The notes: generated from the letters alone by a model not told the origin. Positions 34,527 through 45,691 are shown, counted from the first letter of the stretch. The stretch: DNA of 64,000 nucleotides from an uncultured Planctomycetales bacterium (GCA_964489065.1 CAZAXH010000001.1:238592-302591), one strand, 5' to 3'. Translations and numbers: made by a program.

Positions 34527-35066
34527 TTAATTACCTCCCTTTTTTTCACTTAACTGTTTCAATATGGATAACAACTCCCGAGTTTTGCCGTTCAAAACAC
34601 TGGCTAACTGGGTTAAAGGCGACACAATAACCGATAAAAGCTGAGACAACAACACATCCCGGGGAGGAAGATCTGCCAACCGTTTCACATCGCTTTTATC
34701 CAAAAAAGCCCCGTCCAGGACGCCGCCCTGAACCGAGGCCGTTTCACATTTTTCCAAAAATTTCATTAACGTCTTTGACACCAAGGCGCAGTCTGCGTTA
34801 CTCCAGACAAAAGCCGTCTGATTCTGAACTTTCCCGGCCAAGGCATCCTGCTGACATTCCTTCAACGCAATTTGAGCGATACGGTTTTTCGACACGCACA
34901 CGGCGGCCCCCAAGTGCCGCAGGTCTTTTCTCAAATCATTCATTTGAGAAGCGGACACCGCAGAATAAGAGAGCAAAAAAACATTGCCGTTTTTCTGCAA
35001 CCCGTCCTTGATGGATTCCACCAGCTTTTCTCTATATATTTTCCCGACTTTACCCATGGTTCGCAC
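34527..35066 (-). CDS. rplJ: 50S ribosomal protein L10
   Basis: 179 aa, at the conserved position. Confidence 0.85.
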   Translation of the reverse strand: MRTMGKVGKIYREKLVESIKDGLQKNGNVFLLSYSAVSASQMNDLRKDLRHLGAAVCVSKNRIAQIALKECQQDALAGKVQNQTAFVWSNADCALVSKTLMKFLEKCETASVQGGVLDGAFLDKSDVKRLADLPPRDVLLSQLLSVIVSPLTQLASVLNGKTRELLSILKQLSEKKGGN

Positions 35067-35092
35067 CCTTATAATTTAAGGAACAGTTATTC

Positions 35093-35776
35093 TTAAACAT
35101 CTGAAATCTTCAAGCCGGAACCCATGGTCGTTGAGAGGGCTACCGTTTTAAAGAGATCACCTTTCACCGTGGCCGGTTTTAAATTTTGAATCGCATCAAT
35201 CAAGGTCCGTGCGTTTTCAAATATTTTTTCCTTAGGAAAAGATCTTTTCCCGATACCGACATGTATCCCTGCTTGCTTATCCGTCTTAAATTCCACCCGG
35301 CCAGCCTTGACTTCCTTAATGGCCTTTTCCAAATCGTTCGTGACCGTACCGGTTTTCGGGCTGGGCATCAAGCCCCTCGGCCCTAGGACTTTACCAAGTT
35401 TACTTAAATCCCGCATCATATCCGGAGTCGCAACAACCGTATCAAAATCAAGGAAGCCATTAGCCACCTTGTCAATAAGATCATTGGCCCCAACGATATC
35501 CGCGCCGCAGGCTTCGGCCTTCTGCGCCATTTCCCCTTTGGCGAAAACGGCCACCCGAATTTTTCGGCCCGTTCCATGCGGCAACATGACCGTGCCCCGA
35601 ATCAGTTGATCCGAACTTTTCGGATCAATGTTAAGGTGAAAATGCAGTTCCACCGTTTCATCAAACTTCACTTTTGGAAACTTTTCGATGTTCCTCACGG
35701 CCTCTTCTAGGGTGAAAGAAACTTTTTCTGCCGCAATCGCCTTGATCTCTTTATTTCTTTTGGATAGTTTAGCCAT
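35093..35776 (-). CDS. rplA: 50S ribosomal protein L1
   Basis: The start is at MAKLSKRNKE. The ORF track extends to 35821. Confidence 0.85.
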   Translation of the reverse strand: MAKLSKRNKEIKAIAAEKVSFTLEEAVRNIEKFPKVKFDETVELHFHLNIDPKSSDQLIRGTVMLPHGTGRKIRVAVFAKGEMAQKAEACGADIVGANDLIDKVANGFLDFDTVVATPDMMRDLSKLGKVLGPRGLMPSPKTGTVTNDLEKAIKEVKAGRVEFKTDKQAGIHVGIGKRSFPKEKIFENARTLIDAIQNLKPATVKGDLFKTVALSTTMGSGLKISDV

Positions 35777-35777
35777 A

Positions 35778-36203
35778 TTAATCAACCACCTCAATTCCCA
35801 TGCTTCGAGCCGTTCCCTCAATGATCTTCATGGCCTGATGAACATCCTGGGTATTCAAATCTTCCATTTTCACTTTAGCAATCTCTGTGATCTGGGCCCG
35901 GGTCAAAGTAGCTATTTTTTCTTTTCCTGCTTCCCCCGAAGCTTTGGCCAAATTAGCGGCCTTCTTAATCAGAACGGAACTCGGAGGAGTTTTTATAATA
36001 AAATCAAAAGACTTATCTTTATAAACCGAGATCACCGCCGGAAGAATCAGCCCTTCCCGGCCTTTGGTTTTCTCATTGAAAGACTTGCAGAACCCCATAA
36101 TATTCACACCGTGCTGGCCTAATGCCGGCCCGACCGGCGGAGCGGGGTTTGCCTGCCCTGCTGGTACATACAATTTAATTTGTGCCACAACCTCTTTAGC
36201 CAT
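35778..36203 (-). CDS. rplK: 50S ribosomal protein L11
   Basis: 141 aa; [19 protein letters not shown]. Confidence 0.9.
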   Translation of the reverse strand: MAKEVVAQIKLYVPAGQANPAPPVGPALGQHGVNIMGFCKSFNEKTKGREGLILPAVISVYKDKSFDFIIKTPPSSVLIKKAANLAKASGEAGKEKIATLTRAQITEIAKVKMEDLNTQDVHQAMKIIEGTARSMGIEVVD

Positions 36204-36204
36204 T

Positions 36205-36735
36205 TTAAATTTTCTCCACTTGCCAATATTCCATTTCCACCAGCGTCGAACGGCCGAAGATAGAAACGCTCACTTTTAATTTACCCCGATCTGGATAGAC
36301 TTCTGTCACTGTCCCGTTAAAGTTAGCAAACGGCCCTTCCGAAATCCGAATCGCCTCTCCGACTTCAAACACCACTTTCGGGCTAGGTTTCGTTTCCGTG
36401 TCCTCGGTGCGGCGAACAATCGAATTCACTTCTTCTTCGGAAATGGGGGTCGGCCGATGCCCGGGCCCGATAAAACCAGTAATCCCGGGAGTGCTTTTGA
36501 CCAGGTACCAGCTCTCCTTGCTCATTTCCATCTTGACGAGAATATATCCGGGGAAGAACTTCCGGGCGGTGATGCGTTTTTTACCTCCGCGGATTTCGGA
36601 AACCTGCTCGGTCGGGACAATAATTTCTTCGATATAATCTTTCAGATTCGTAGCATTCATCCGGCTCTCAAGGCCGGCTTTGGCTTTTTCCTCAGCTCCT
36701 GTTTGCGTATGTATAACGAACCATTTCATGGTCAT
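36205..36735 (-). CDS. nusG: Transcription antiterminator NusG
   Basis: 176 aa with NGN and KOW domains. Confidence 0.85.
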   Translation of the reverse strand: MTMKWFVIHTQTGAEEKAKAGLESRMNATNLKDYIEEIIVPTEQVSEIRGGKKRITARKFFPGYILVKMEMSKESWYLVKSTPGITGFIGPGHRPTPISEEEVNSIVRRTEDTETKPSPKVVFEVGEAIRISEGPFANFNGTVTEVYPDRGKLKVSVSIFGRSTLVEMEYWQVEKI

Positions 36736-36742
36736 AGGACAA

Positions 36743-36928
36743 TCACTTAATTATAATGCTGATAAATTTTGAAAGAACCATATCCGTCACCCAAATAAAC
36801 ACAGCCAAAAAAGCCGAGCTCATGAAAACAATCCAGGTTGACTCGATCAACTCCTGTTTTGTCGTCCAAGAAACCTTCTTCAGTTCAACGACAACTTCAG
36901 AGAAAAATTTAGATAATTTTGCAATCAT
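36743..36928 (-). CDS. secE: Preprotein translocase subunit SecE
   Basis: 61 aa with a single TM helix; lies upstream of nusG. Confidence 0.7.
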   Translation of the reverse strand: MIAKLSKFFSEVVVELKKVSWTTKQELIESTWIVFMSSAFLAVFIWVTDMVLSKFISIIIK

Positions 36929-36930
36929 AT

Positions 36931-37004
36931 TTTTTAATAACAGGCCTGGTAGGATTCGAACCTACAACACACGGTTTTGGAGACCGTTGCTCTGCCAGTT
37001 GGAG
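36931..37004 (-). tRNA. tRNA-Trp (anticodon CCA); 3' CCA not encoded
   Basis: Cloverleaf drawn by hand: acceptor AGGCCUG/CAGGCCU, D stem GCUC/GAGC, anticodon loop CU-CCA-AA, T loop TTCGAAT. Confidence 0.85.
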
Positions 37005-37069
37005 CTACAGGCCTATTTTACCCCGTGTCTGAAAAGGGTTCAGCGTACACCGCCTGATGTAAAATAAAA

Positions 37070-37222
37070 CTACTTTTTAGTTTCCCGATGCAACGTATGC
37101 TTGCGACAAAACCGACAGTATTTATTCAGTTCTATCCTATCCGGCGTCTTTTTCTTATCCTTCATGCTTTGATAATTGATTCTTTGGCACTCCGTACACT
37201 GGAACTGTATGTTCTCTCGCAT
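37070..37222 (-). CDS. rpmG: 50S ribosomal protein L33 (50 aa); below the ORF-track cutoff
   Basis: Manual translation: [50 protein letters not shown]. Confidence 0.8.
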   Translation of the reverse strand: MRENIQFQCTECQRINYQSMKDKKKTPDRIELNKYCRFCRKHTLHRETKK

Positions 37223-37243
37223 CGTTTTCTCTTTCTATCGCAG

Positions 37244-37316
37244 AGCCCCCGACCGGACTTGAACCGGTGACCCCGTCCTTACCAAGGACGTGCTCTACCG
37301 GCTGAGCTACAGGGGC
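37244..37316 (-). tRNA. tRNA-Thr (anticodon GGU)
   Basis: Acceptor GCCCCUG/CGGGGGC, anticodon stem CGUCC/GGACG with loop UU-GGU-AA, T loop TTCAAGT. Confidence 0.85.
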
Positions 37317-37462
37317 GATCTAATGATCGCTGCAATGTCATTGGCTTAACAACGAGCCCTAAGAACTTCTATCTGGGCCACAATACATCTTATAGGGGTT
37401 CACAAAAAATTCATTGCAGCAGAAAAAGTCCATACTACAATGAATTTATAAAATGAAAGTAA

Positions 37463-37491
37463 AGTATATATGTCACACCAAATTTTGTCAA
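37463..37491 (-). promoter_or_regulatory. Sigma70-type promoter (TTGACA-17-TATACT) for the tRNA-Thr, rpmG, tRNA-Trp, secE, nusG transcription unit
   Basis: Read on the minus strand. It has an AT-rich upstream region and sits ~140 nt upstream of tRNA-Thr. Confidence 0.45.
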
Positions 37492-37553
37492 GTATTTTAT
37501 TTTTCAGGCCGAAATATATCATCTTAGCAACATTGCAGTTAGAGAAGCCCTTC

Positions 37554-38723
37554 TCACCGCACAATTTTAAGAAAACGCCTTTTGCCGACTTTCAGCACTC
37601 CCGGTTGAGGCCCCCAGGTTTCTTCCATAATCTTTTCGCCGTTCCACGTGACCGCTCCCTGCGCCAAAAGACGCCGCACTTCTTTCCTGGAAGGCGCTAA
37701 TCCGGACTCCACCAAGATATCGGCAATCAGCGGTGATTCTCCCGACGGGAGAAAATATTCAGGCATATCATCCGGCAGCTGTTTCTGGCTGAACACTTTT
37801 TGAAAACGCGCGCGCGCGTCACGGGCGTCCTGCGGATTATGAAACATCTCCACGACAATCTCCCCCAGCCTCAGCTTAGCGTCCTTAGGATGCATCTCTT
37901 TAATCAAGGGCAAATTTTCCATCGTCAGGACTTCATAATAACGCATCATCAACTCGTCGCTGATGGACATAATTTTCCCGACAATTTCATCCGGCGGCTC
38001 ATCAATGCCGATATAATTATGCAACGACTTGCTCATCTTCTTTTCGCCATCCGTCCCCTCCAGAAGAGGGGTCATCAGCACGACCTGGGGTTCCTGCCCG
38101 TAAGCCTCCTGCAACTGCCGCCCCATTAAAAGATTAAACGTCTGGTCCGAGCCTCCGCACTCCACATCCGCTTTTAATACAACAGAATCATACCCCTGCA
38201 AAAGCGGATAAAAAAGCTCCAGGATGCTGATCTCTTTCTGCTCTTCAAAACGTTTTTTAAAATCCGCCCGGGCGAGCATCTGGGCCACGGTGGAATGCGC
38301 CGCCAGTTCAAGAACCTGCTGGGCGTTTAACCCGGCCAGCCACTGGCTGTTAAAAACAACCTCTGTTTTCTGAGGATCCAAAACCTTAAAAACCTGCCGT
38401 TTATATGTCTGCGCGTTCTGCGCCACCACATCCGGCGACATTTTTGGCCTCAGCTGATCGCGTCCGGAAGGGTCCCCGATCTGAGCGGTGAAATCCCCTA
38501 TCAGGAAACAAACCCGGTGCCCCATATCCTGGAACTGCCGGAGCTTCCTTAAAAGCACCACATGCCCCAAGTGGATATCCGGAGCCGTGGGGTCAAAGCC
38601 CGCCTTGACCGTTAGCGGCCGCCCGGTCTCCAGCGATTTTTTCAATTTGGCCTTCAACATGTCGAGATTAATAATCTCTGTCGTGCCCCGGGAAAGGCAG
38701 GCTATTTGCTGCTCAATATCCAT
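37554..38723 (-). CDS. tyrS: Tyrosyl-tRNA synthetase
   Basis: HLGH and KMSKS motifs plus a C-terminal S4 domain. The start is at MDIEQQIACL. Confidence 0.9.
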   Translation of the reverse strand: MDIEQQIACLSRGTTEIINLDMLKAKLKKSLETGRPLTVKAGFDPTAPDIHLGHVVLLRKLRQFQDMGHRVCFLIGDFTAQIGDPSGRDQLRPKMSPDVVAQNAQTYKRQVFKVLDPQKTEVVFNSQWLAGLNAQQVLELAAHSTVAQMLARADFKKRFEEQKEISILELFYPLLQGYDSVVLKADVECGGSDQTFNLLMGRQLQEAYGQEPQVVLMTPLLEGTDGEKKMSKSLHNYIGIDEPPDEIVGKIMSISDELMMRYYEVLTMENLPLIKEMHPKDAKLRLGEIVVEMFHNPQDARDARARFQKVFSQKQLPDDMPEYFLPSGESPLIADILVESGLAPSRKEVRRLLAQGAVTWNGEKIMEETWGPQPGVLKVGKRRFLKIVR

Positions 38724-38894
38724 CACGTTCAAAACCCCCGCCTTGAAAAAAGCCAAATAAAAACAGAGCCCCGCACGCATAGCGCGACACCCTGTTTCTC
38801 ATTAAATCCAAAATATATACCTGATAATTTAAAACGCAAGACGTGTCTCAACGAGGACAGCACACTTCCCTAATTTATGGAGGAAGGCCCCCGA

Positions 38895-40445
38895 TCAGGA
38901 TAGCCGTGTGCTGACACCAATTTTCATCTGGTCCACATCAACCTTAATAATTTTAACGCGCAACTTATCACCGGGTTTCAAGGCTGCGGCCTGTTCTTTA
39001 TCAATTTCCGAAGAATAAACCAACGCCTCGACTTCATCTTCCAGCTTCACAAAGACGCCGAAATTCGAATTCAGGACCACTTCCACTTCCACTTCATCCC
39101 CCACCTTATATTTTTCTGCAATCATCGGCCAGGGGTTATCTGTTAACTGTTTTAAACCCAGTGTGATTTTCCGGTTGTTAGCGTCAATCCCCAAAACCAT
39201 AACTTCAATCTCTTGTCCTTTCGACAGGATGTCTTGAGGATGGTTGACTTTTTTGGTCCAGGACATATCAGAAACATGAATCATGCCCTCCAGACCAGAC
39301 TTTAATTCGACGAAAGTCCCGTAATCTGTAAACCCCCGGACAACACCCTTCACCCGCGTTCCGATGGGAAGAGTTTTTTCCGCTTCCAGCCAGGGGTTAG
39401 ACTCGAGCGCTTTCATGCTGAGGGAAATTCTTTTGGAATCCTTATCGACATTTATAATTTGGGCCTCGATCTCGGTCCCAACGGAAAACATCTCCTGAGG
39501 ATTGACCAGTTTCTTCTGCCATGTAATTTCCGATGAATGTAGCAGGCCCTCGATCCCTTTCTCAATTTCTACAAAAACGCCGTACGGCATGATATTGACA
39601 ATTTTCCCTTTAATCTGGCTGCCGGCCGGATATTTTTCATAAATGTCATCCCAGGGATTGGGGGTAATTTGCTTGAGCCCCAAAGAAACCTTCGAGTTTT
39701 CCTGATCAAAATCAATGATCAGAACTTCAATCTGATCACCGATCGACACAATTTCAGAAGGATGGTTGATGCGGGACCAACTCATGTCTGTAATATGCAG
39801 CAACCCGTCCACGCCGCCCAAATCAATAAAGGCACCGAAATCGGTAATCCCCTTAACGACGCCTTTACGTTTTTGTCCTTTCTCAAGTTCGCCCCACAGC
39901 TTTTCCCGGATTTGCTCCCGCTCTTTTTGATAAATATCCCGGCGGGATAAAATCAGGTTGCGGCGCTGCTTATTGATCTTGGCGACCTGGAAATTAAACT
40001 TATTCGCCATAATGGTTTCCGGAGAGTATCCCTTGAACGCGGACAAAGACATCGGCAGGAACGCCTCCAATCCTTCAATATCAACCATATACCCGCCCTT
40101 CACCACCTTGATCACCCGGCCGTCCACGACAGCCCCTTCCTCTATACCCCCCATGATTTTCTGCCAGCCTTTAACTTTCTCTGCCTTAAGTTTGGACAGC
40201 ACAAGGCGGCCATCCTCATCTTCAATAGATTCGACAAGAACGTCGATTTCATTATCGATCTTGATATCCTCTTTATTACGGAACTCCTCCAGGGAAACAA
40301 AGCCTTCAGATTTAAATCCGATATCCACGACCGCTTCCGTATCATTGAAAGCGACGATATGCCCCCGCACGATCTCCCCTTCCTTGACCGTTTTGACAGA
40401 CTTCTCATACAACTCGGACATAAGTGACTGATGTTCTTTATCCAT
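38895..40445 (-). CDS. rpsA: 30S ribosomal protein S1
   Basis: 516 aa with repeated S1 domains. Confidence 0.9.
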   Translation of the reverse strand: MDKEHQSLMSELYEKSVKTVKEGEIVRGHIVAFNDTEAVVDIGFKSEGFVSLEEFRNKEDIKIDNEIDVLVESIEDEDGRLVLSKLKAEKVKGWQKIMGGIEEGAVVDGRVIKVVKGGYMVDIEGLEAFLPMSLSAFKGYSPETIMANKFNFQVAKINKQRRNLILSRRDIYQKEREQIREKLWGELEKGQKRKGVVKGITDFGAFIDLGGVDGLLHITDMSWSRINHPSEIVSIGDQIEVLIIDFDQENSKVSLGLKQITPNPWDDIYEKYPAGSQIKGKIVNIMPYGVFVEIEKGIEGLLHSSEITWQKKLVNPQEMFSVGTEIEAQIINVDKDSKRISLSMKALESNPWLEAEKTLPIGTRVKGVVRGFTDYGTFVELKSGLEGMIHVSDMSWTKKVNHPQDILSKGQEIEVMVLGIDANNRKITLGLKQLTDNPWPMIAEKYKVGDEVEVEVVLNSNFGVFVKLEDEVEALVYSSEIDKEQAAALKPGDKLRVKIIKVDVDQMKIGVSTRLS

Positions 40446-40506
40446 ATAAAAAACCTCTCTTTTATCTTATTCTTCGAAGAATCAACAACAATCTTCAAAG
40501 TGGTCA

Positions 40507-40535
40507 TATTATCTCAATTATTATAAATTTGTCAA
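40507..40535 (-). promoter_or_regulatory. Sigma70-type promoter (TTGACA-17-ATAATA) upstream of rpsA
   Basis: Read on the minus strand, ~60 nt upstream of the rpsA ATG. Confidence 0.45.
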
Positions 40536-40629
40536 ATAAAATCTTCTTCCGGGCGGCGCTTTTTCTTCGTCGAGCAAGGCCATTTTCATAACATGCCTTT
40601 TCCCCGATTCCAAAAATACATCTGCTTTG

Positions 40630-41244
40630 TTAACAGGAAGAAAGAGCCCCTATAGCGCCCATCACCTGATCTGCTATTTGTTCATAGGACTGTCCCGGGG
40701 ACATAGGAACAGGCGGACCGAACCTGACCCGGATCGGATGTCTTCTAAACCACCGGGCTCCGGGGGGGAGGACTTGATCAGACCCCTGAATAAAGACAGG
40801 GATAACGGGCACATGACTTTTGGCCACCAGGAATCCAATACCAGGTTGCGCCTTAACGCCGCCGCTCTCCAAACGCGTGCCCTGAGGGAACAACAACAAC
40901 GGAGAGCCGTTTTTTAAACGCCGCAGAGCCTCCCGCAAGGCAGCAATATCCGGCTCGCCCCTGCGAATAGGAAACGTCCCCACCTGCCGCAAAAACCATC
41001 CCAGCAGAGGGTTCGTGAAAAGGGATTTTTTGGCCATGTAACTTATCCGGCGCCAGACGCTTAACCCGACGATAAGGGGATCCAGGTAGCTCAGGTGGTT
41101 ACTCGCGAAAATATAACTGCCTTGGGACGGGATATACTTCCTGCCCTCGGTTGTGAACGGGAAAAAAATTTTACTAAAAAACTTAATAATGAAATAACTA
41201 CCCCAGTAAACCATTCCTCTTGGCCGATGCTTCCTTATATTCAA
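40630..41244 (-). CDS. plsC: 1-acyl-sn-glycerol-3-phosphate acyltransferase
   Basis: NHLSYLDP (HX4D) and FPQGTR motifs. Confidence 0.8.
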   Translation of the reverse strand: MNIRKHRPRGMVYWGSYFIIKFFSKIFFPFTTEGRKYIPSQGSYIFASNHLSYLDPLIVGLSVWRRISYMAKKSLFTNPLLGWFLRQVGTFPIRRGEPDIAALREALRRLKNGSPLLLFPQGTRLESGGVKAQPGIGFLVAKSHVPVIPVFIQGSDQVLPPGARWFRRHPIRVRFGPPVPMSPGQSYEQIADQVMGAIGALSSC

Positions 41245-42659
41245 GATCTTAAAAGTTTATCCCCGTATTGAATCAACTCCTTGGCGCGTTTCAGGCTTTT
41301 CGCCTCTGAATAGGCGCGCACCAGCGGCTCGGTCCCGGAAGGCCGGAGCATAAGCCAGCTTTCATCTTCGCAAATAAGCTTGACGCCGTCACAGTCTCTC
41401 ATATCGACGACCTTCTTTCCCAGCAGGCTCGTGGTCTCCTTAAACCGCTGAATATCAAATGGTCTGGCCCCGAGCTTCACGTCGCTTCTCTGATAATAAT
41501 AACGCCCGAATTCCTTTTCCATCTCCTCCACGATTTTTTTAATATTCTTCTTCTGATACACCATCATTTCCAGCAGTAAAAGCCCGGCCAGCGTGCCGTC
41601 CCGTTCCGGGATATAATCCTGCACCCCCATCCCGCCGGCTTCCTCTCCCCCGGCGACGATATTTTCAGCAACCATCAGATCAGAAATATATTTAAAACCT
41701 ACCGGCGTCTCGTAAAGTTTAAGCCCCAGCTTGGAAGCAATCCTATCCAGCATCGTGGTTCCGCAGACCGTCTTCACAATCCCACCTTTCCGGCCCCGGT
41801 TTCGCACCAAATGCAGAATGAGCAGCCCCAGAATTTTCTGCGGGTGCAGGAACTCCCCGCCGGTAGCCACCGCCGCAATCCGGTCCGCGTCCCCATCCAG
41901 GACCAGGCCCAAATCAAACCCTTCTGTTTTAACCCGCTTAAGGATGCCGGCCAGGTACTGAACCACGGGCTCCGGCTTCTTCCCATCAAAATAGGGATTA
42001 ATATCTTCCCGCATCAGCGACAACCGGATGTTGGTCCCTTTCAATGCTTCAGCGATCAAGCTGTCGCCGCTGCCATGCATGGCATCCATCAAAACTTTAA
42101 AACGGGCCGTTTTAATTTTCTTGAGATCAATATAGCTCCGGATAAATTTCAGGTAGGCCGTTTTATAATTCTGCATGACAATTTTCCCGGACTGTTTGGC
42201 TTCATTAAAATCCATGGGTTGTACCGGCGCTTCGCTGATATACCCCTCCACTTTATTGGTGATCTCTTTCGACGCTCCTCCGCCCTGGGCCGTCTTGATT
42301 TTCACGCCGTTGAATTTATAGGGATTATGGCTTGCCGTAATCATAATCCCGGCGACACACGCATGAACCGTGACCCCGTAACTAAGAGCCGGCGTCGGTA
42401 TAGGCGCGTCCGACAACAGCACGTCGATACCGTTCTTCGCCAGAACACAGGCCACGGTTTCGGCGAACTCGGCGGACATAAAGCGGGTGTCATACCCCAC
42501 GGCCACGCATTTCCGGCCGTTGATGTTTTCAAGATCCCGATTGATCCATTCGCTGATCGCCTGGGTGAGGACCGCCACATTTTCAAAGGTAAACGTGTCG
42601 GCGATCACCGCACGCCACCCGTCGGTTCCGAACTTAATAATGTCTCTTTTAGAACTCAT
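41241..42659 (-). CDS. Phosphoglucomutase/phosphomannomutase family protein
   Basis: TASHNP active-site loop and GVKLICEDESWLMLRPSGTEP. The start is at MSSKRDIIKFGTDGWRA. Confidence 0.8.
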   Translation of the reverse strand: MSSKRDIIKFGTDGWRAVIADTFTFENVAVLTQAISEWINRDLENINGRKCVAVGYDTRFMSAEFAETVACVLAKNGIDVLLSDAPIPTPALSYGVTVHACVAGIMITASHNPYKFNGVKIKTAQGGGASKEITNKVEGYISEAPVQPMDFNEAKQSGKIVMQNYKTAYLKFIRSYIDLKKIKTARFKVLMDAMHGSGDSLIAEALKGTNIRLSLMREDINPYFDGKKPEPVVQYLAGILKRVKTEGFDLGLVLDGDADRIAAVATGGEFLHPQKILGLLILHLVRNRGRKGGIVKTVCGTTMLDRIASKLGLKLYETPVGFKYISDLMVAENIVAGGEEAGGMGVQDYIPERDGTLAGLLLLEMMVYQKKNIKKIVEEMEKEFGRYYYQRSDVKLGARPFDIQRFKETTSLLGKKVVDMRDCDGVKLICEDESWLMLRPSGTEPLVRAYSEAKSLKRAKELIQYGDKLLRS

Positions 42660-42675
42660 ATTCGTTCCCCCATTT

Positions 42676-43263
42676 TTATTTATCAAATTTATATAACTGG
42701 TTTTGTTCAATGTACTCCAAAACCTTGTCCGGGACAAGATACTTGATCGTTTTCCCCTGCGCAATCGCCCGGCGGAGATAGGAGGAAGAGATGTCCATCC
42801 CGGGCAGCATGACCGACTGAAATTTTATTTTTTTCTGATGGTGCCGGAAGCCGGGGCGATTCACGACGATAAAAGTCACGATTTCAATAATACGGTCGAT
42901 CTCTTTCCAGGTTTCAAGCGTATCAACATTATCCTCTCCGATGATAAAAAAAAGCTTTGTTTCAGCCGGATACCGCGCCCGGAAATGGCAGACCGTGTCA
43001 ATGGAATAAGACTTTCCGCCCTTTTGGACCTCATAATCGGACACTTCGAACCGGGGGTTCCCCTGAACCGCCAGCGCCACCATACGGTATCGGTCCCAAG
43101 CCGAGGCCAGCCGAGGCATTTTCTTATGAGGCGGCAGCGCGGACGGCACAAAAATCACCTTATCAAGACGGCACTTTTCCAGAGCCTTCTGGGCAATCGC
43201 CATATGACCGATATGCACGGGGTCAAAGGTGCCGCCCAATATACCAATGCGCTCTGGTCTCAT
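42676..43263 (-). CDS. nadD: Nicotinate-nucleotide adenylyltransferase
   Basis: GILGGTFDPVHIGH. Confidence 0.8.
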   Translation of the reverse strand: MRPERIGILGGTFDPVHIGHMAIAQKALEKCRLDKVIFVPSALPPHKKMPRLASAWDRYRMVALAVQGNPRFEVSDYEVQKGGKSYSIDTVCHFRARYPAETKLFFIIGEDNVDTLETWKEIDRIIEIVTFIVVNRPGFRHHQKKIKFQSVMLPGMDISSSYLRRAIAQGKTIKYLVPDKVLEYIEQNQLYKFDK

Positions 43264-43277
43264 GAGTTTCCGTTCCG

Positions 43278-44564
43278 TCAGGCCCTGATCTGCCCTTTTC
43301 CCCAAATGACATATTTATAGGTTGTCAATTCCTGCAAGGCCATCGGCCCACGGGCATGAAGCTTGTCCGTGCTGATCCCGATTTCCGCACCGAACCCAAA
43401 CTCATAACCATCCGTAAAACGGGTCGACGCATTGTGATAGACGCAGGCGGAATCCACTTTTTGAAGAAAATGCCGGGCTTCTTTTTTGTCATCCGTTACG
43501 ATTGCATCCGAATGATGCGACCCGTATGCATTAATATGATCAATGGCCTCCTCAACCGAAGGAACAACTTTAACCGCCAGGATAAGGTCAAGATATTCTT
43601 CGCTCCAGTCCTGGACCCGGGCAGGCTTCACACCCTTGACGATGCGGCGGGTCAACGGGCATCCGCGGATTTCCACGCCGGCCTTCCGGAAAGCATCCAG
43701 CATAACCGGCAGAAACCGCGCCGCGATGTCCTTGTGCACCAGCATCGTTTCCATGGCGTTGCACACGCCGGGGCGCTGCACCTTGGCATTGAAACAAATA
43801 TGGTGGGCCATATTGATGTCAACCCGGTCGGAAACATACGTATGGCAAACCCCTTTATAATGCTTGATAACAGGGATCAAAGAATTCTCGGCCACAAAAC
43901 GGATCAACCCTTCCCCTCCCCGGGGGATAATCAGGTCCACCGCATCGTTGCATTTTAAAAGCACCTGGACGGACTCCCGGTCCGTGGACGCGATCATCTG
44001 AATGACATCGGCAGGAATCCGGGTCCGGCTTAACGCTTTTTTCAGAACATTAAAAATCGCCTGATTGGAAAACAGGGCTTCTTTGCCTCCCTTTAATATA
44101 ACGGCGTTGCCTGATTTCAGGCACAATCCTATGCAGTCGCTGGTCACATTCGGCCGGGCCTCATAAATAATCCCAATCAGCCCCAGGGGAACCCGGACCT
44201 TTTCAATCTTCAATCCGTTGGGACGGGTGAACGTCTCCAGGATGTCTCCCACCGGGTCTTTTAACGCGGCGGTTTCTTGCAGACAATCCACCATGCTCTG
44301 GATACGCTTATCGTTCAATGTCAAGCGGTCAACCAGGGCTTGAGAGTGCTGAGCTTTTTGCGCGGCGGCAACGTCCTTCTGGTTCTCCGCCAGAATCCAG
44401 GACCGGTTTTCCAAAAGAGCTTGAGCCATAAATTTTAAGGCTTTGTTTTTTTCCGCCGCGCGGGTTAAGGCCAAAGTACGAGCGGCGGTCTTAGCCTTGT
44501 GGGCCATCGTCTTTATAGTTCGCTCAGTTGTCATCCGATCCCTCTTTCCAACATTTTTTAGCAA
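43278..44564 (-). CDS. proA: Gamma-glutamyl phosphate reductase
   Basis: 428 aa aldehyde-dehydrogenase fold; lies downstream of proB. Confidence 0.85.
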   Translation of the reverse strand: MLKNVGKRDRMTTERTIKTMAHKAKTAARTLALTRAAEKNKALKFMAQALLENRSWILAENQKDVAAAQKAQHSQALVDRLTLNDKRIQSMVDCLQETAALKDPVGDILETFTRPNGLKIEKVRVPLGLIGIIYEARPNVTSDCIGLCLKSGNAVILKGGKEALFSNQAIFNVLKKALSRTRIPADVIQMIASTDRESVQVLLKCNDAVDLIIPRGGEGLIRFVAENSLIPVIKHYKGVCHTYVSDRVDINMAHHICFNAKVQRPGVCNAMETMLVHKDIAARFLPVMLDAFRKAGVEIRGCPLTRRIVKGVKPARVQDWSEEYLDLILAVKVVPSVEEAIDHINAYGSHHSDAIVTDDKKEARHFLQKVDSACVYHNASTRFTDGYEFGFGAEIGISTDKLHARGPMALQELTTYKYVIWGKGQIRA

Positions 44565-44587
44565 TTTATTTTGCTTTCAAGGGCATT

Positions 44588-45691
44588 TTAACGCCGGCTC
44601 AACACCAGATTATCGCAATGGATCGCTTCTTTCTGCCCCCGCCGGGTTTCGTTCGCCTGCAGCAGGGCTTTATTCAATTCAGCCGTGGAATAGTTCGAAA
44701 TCCCCCGGGCAATCTCCTGATCATCTTTCCCCCGAACCACAACAACCTCTCGGGCCTTAAAATGCCCCTCGATTTTCAAAACCCCCGGCAGCAAAAGGCT
44801 CCGCCCTCCCTGCAGCAAGGCTTTCTCCGCTCCCGCATCAATGAAAATGACGCCCTTGGGTTTGGCGCCGAAAGAAATCCAGTGTTTTCTGGACAAGAGC
44901 CGGTTTTCTTTTTCAACGAATAAAGTCCCGATCCTCTCCGCCGCCAGAATGCGCGGCAAGACATCCTTGGTCCGGGCATTGGCGATGATGCATGGCACAT
45001 TCGCCTGCGTCGCGACCTGGACCGCCTGCAGCTTGGCGGACATCCCGCCCTTGGACATATGCTTATTCGACGTCCCGGTCGCCAGCCCTTCAATTTGCGC
45101 CGTAATCTCTTTGATTTCCCGGAACACTTTTTTACGCCCGCTCTTCAGATCATACAACCCCTCGACATCAGACAAAATAATCAGCAGGTCAGCGTGCATC
45201 TGACTGGCAACGAGCGCGGAAAGCTTGTCGTTATCTCCGAATTTAATTTCTTCCGTAGAGATTGTATCATTCTCATTAATGACAGGAATCACGTTGCGTT
45301 CTAAAATCGTTTTCAGCGTGGCCCGGGCGTTGTTAAAACGCATCCGGTCAGAAAAATCATCCCAGGTCAATAAAACCTGCGCACAGGTCATTTTTCTGGG
45401 TTTAAACAAATCCGCATACGTGCGCATCAATACCAGCTGTCCTATGGCCGCCAGCGCCTGCAGAGAAGCGACATCCCCGGGGCGCGCGCGAAGCTGTTGT
45501 TCCCCCATCCCCAGAACAATAGCGCCGGAACTGACCAGAATGACCTCAATGCCGCGTTGATGCAGAAGCGCGATTTGAGACACCAAAGACTTTAAAAGCG
45601 CGGTGCGCGGCTTCATGTGATAGGAGGCAATATTGCTGGAGCCGATTTTAATAACAATCCGTTTAATAGGTCTTGGGAATTTCCTGAACAT
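44588..45691 (-). CDS. proB: Glutamate 5-kinase (with PUA domain)
   Basis: 367 aa; IVIKIGSSNIA. Confidence 0.85.
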   Translation of the reverse strand: MFRKFPRPIKRIVIKIGSSNIASYHMKPRTALLKSLVSQIALLHQRGIEVILVSSGAIVLGMGEQQLRARPGDVASLQALAAIGQLVLMRTYADLFKPRKMTCAQVLLTWDDFSDRMRFNNARATLKTILERNVIPVINENDTISTEEIKFGDNDKLSALVASQMHADLLIILSDVEGLYDLKSGRKKVFREIKEITAQIEGLATGTSNKHMSKGGMSAKLQAVQVATQANVPCIIANARTKDVLPRILAAERIGTLFVEKENRLLSRKHWISFGAKPKGVIFIDAGAEKALLQGGRSLLLPGVLKIEGHFKAREVVVVRGKDDQEIARGISNYSTAELNKALLQANETRRGQKEAIHCDNLVLSRR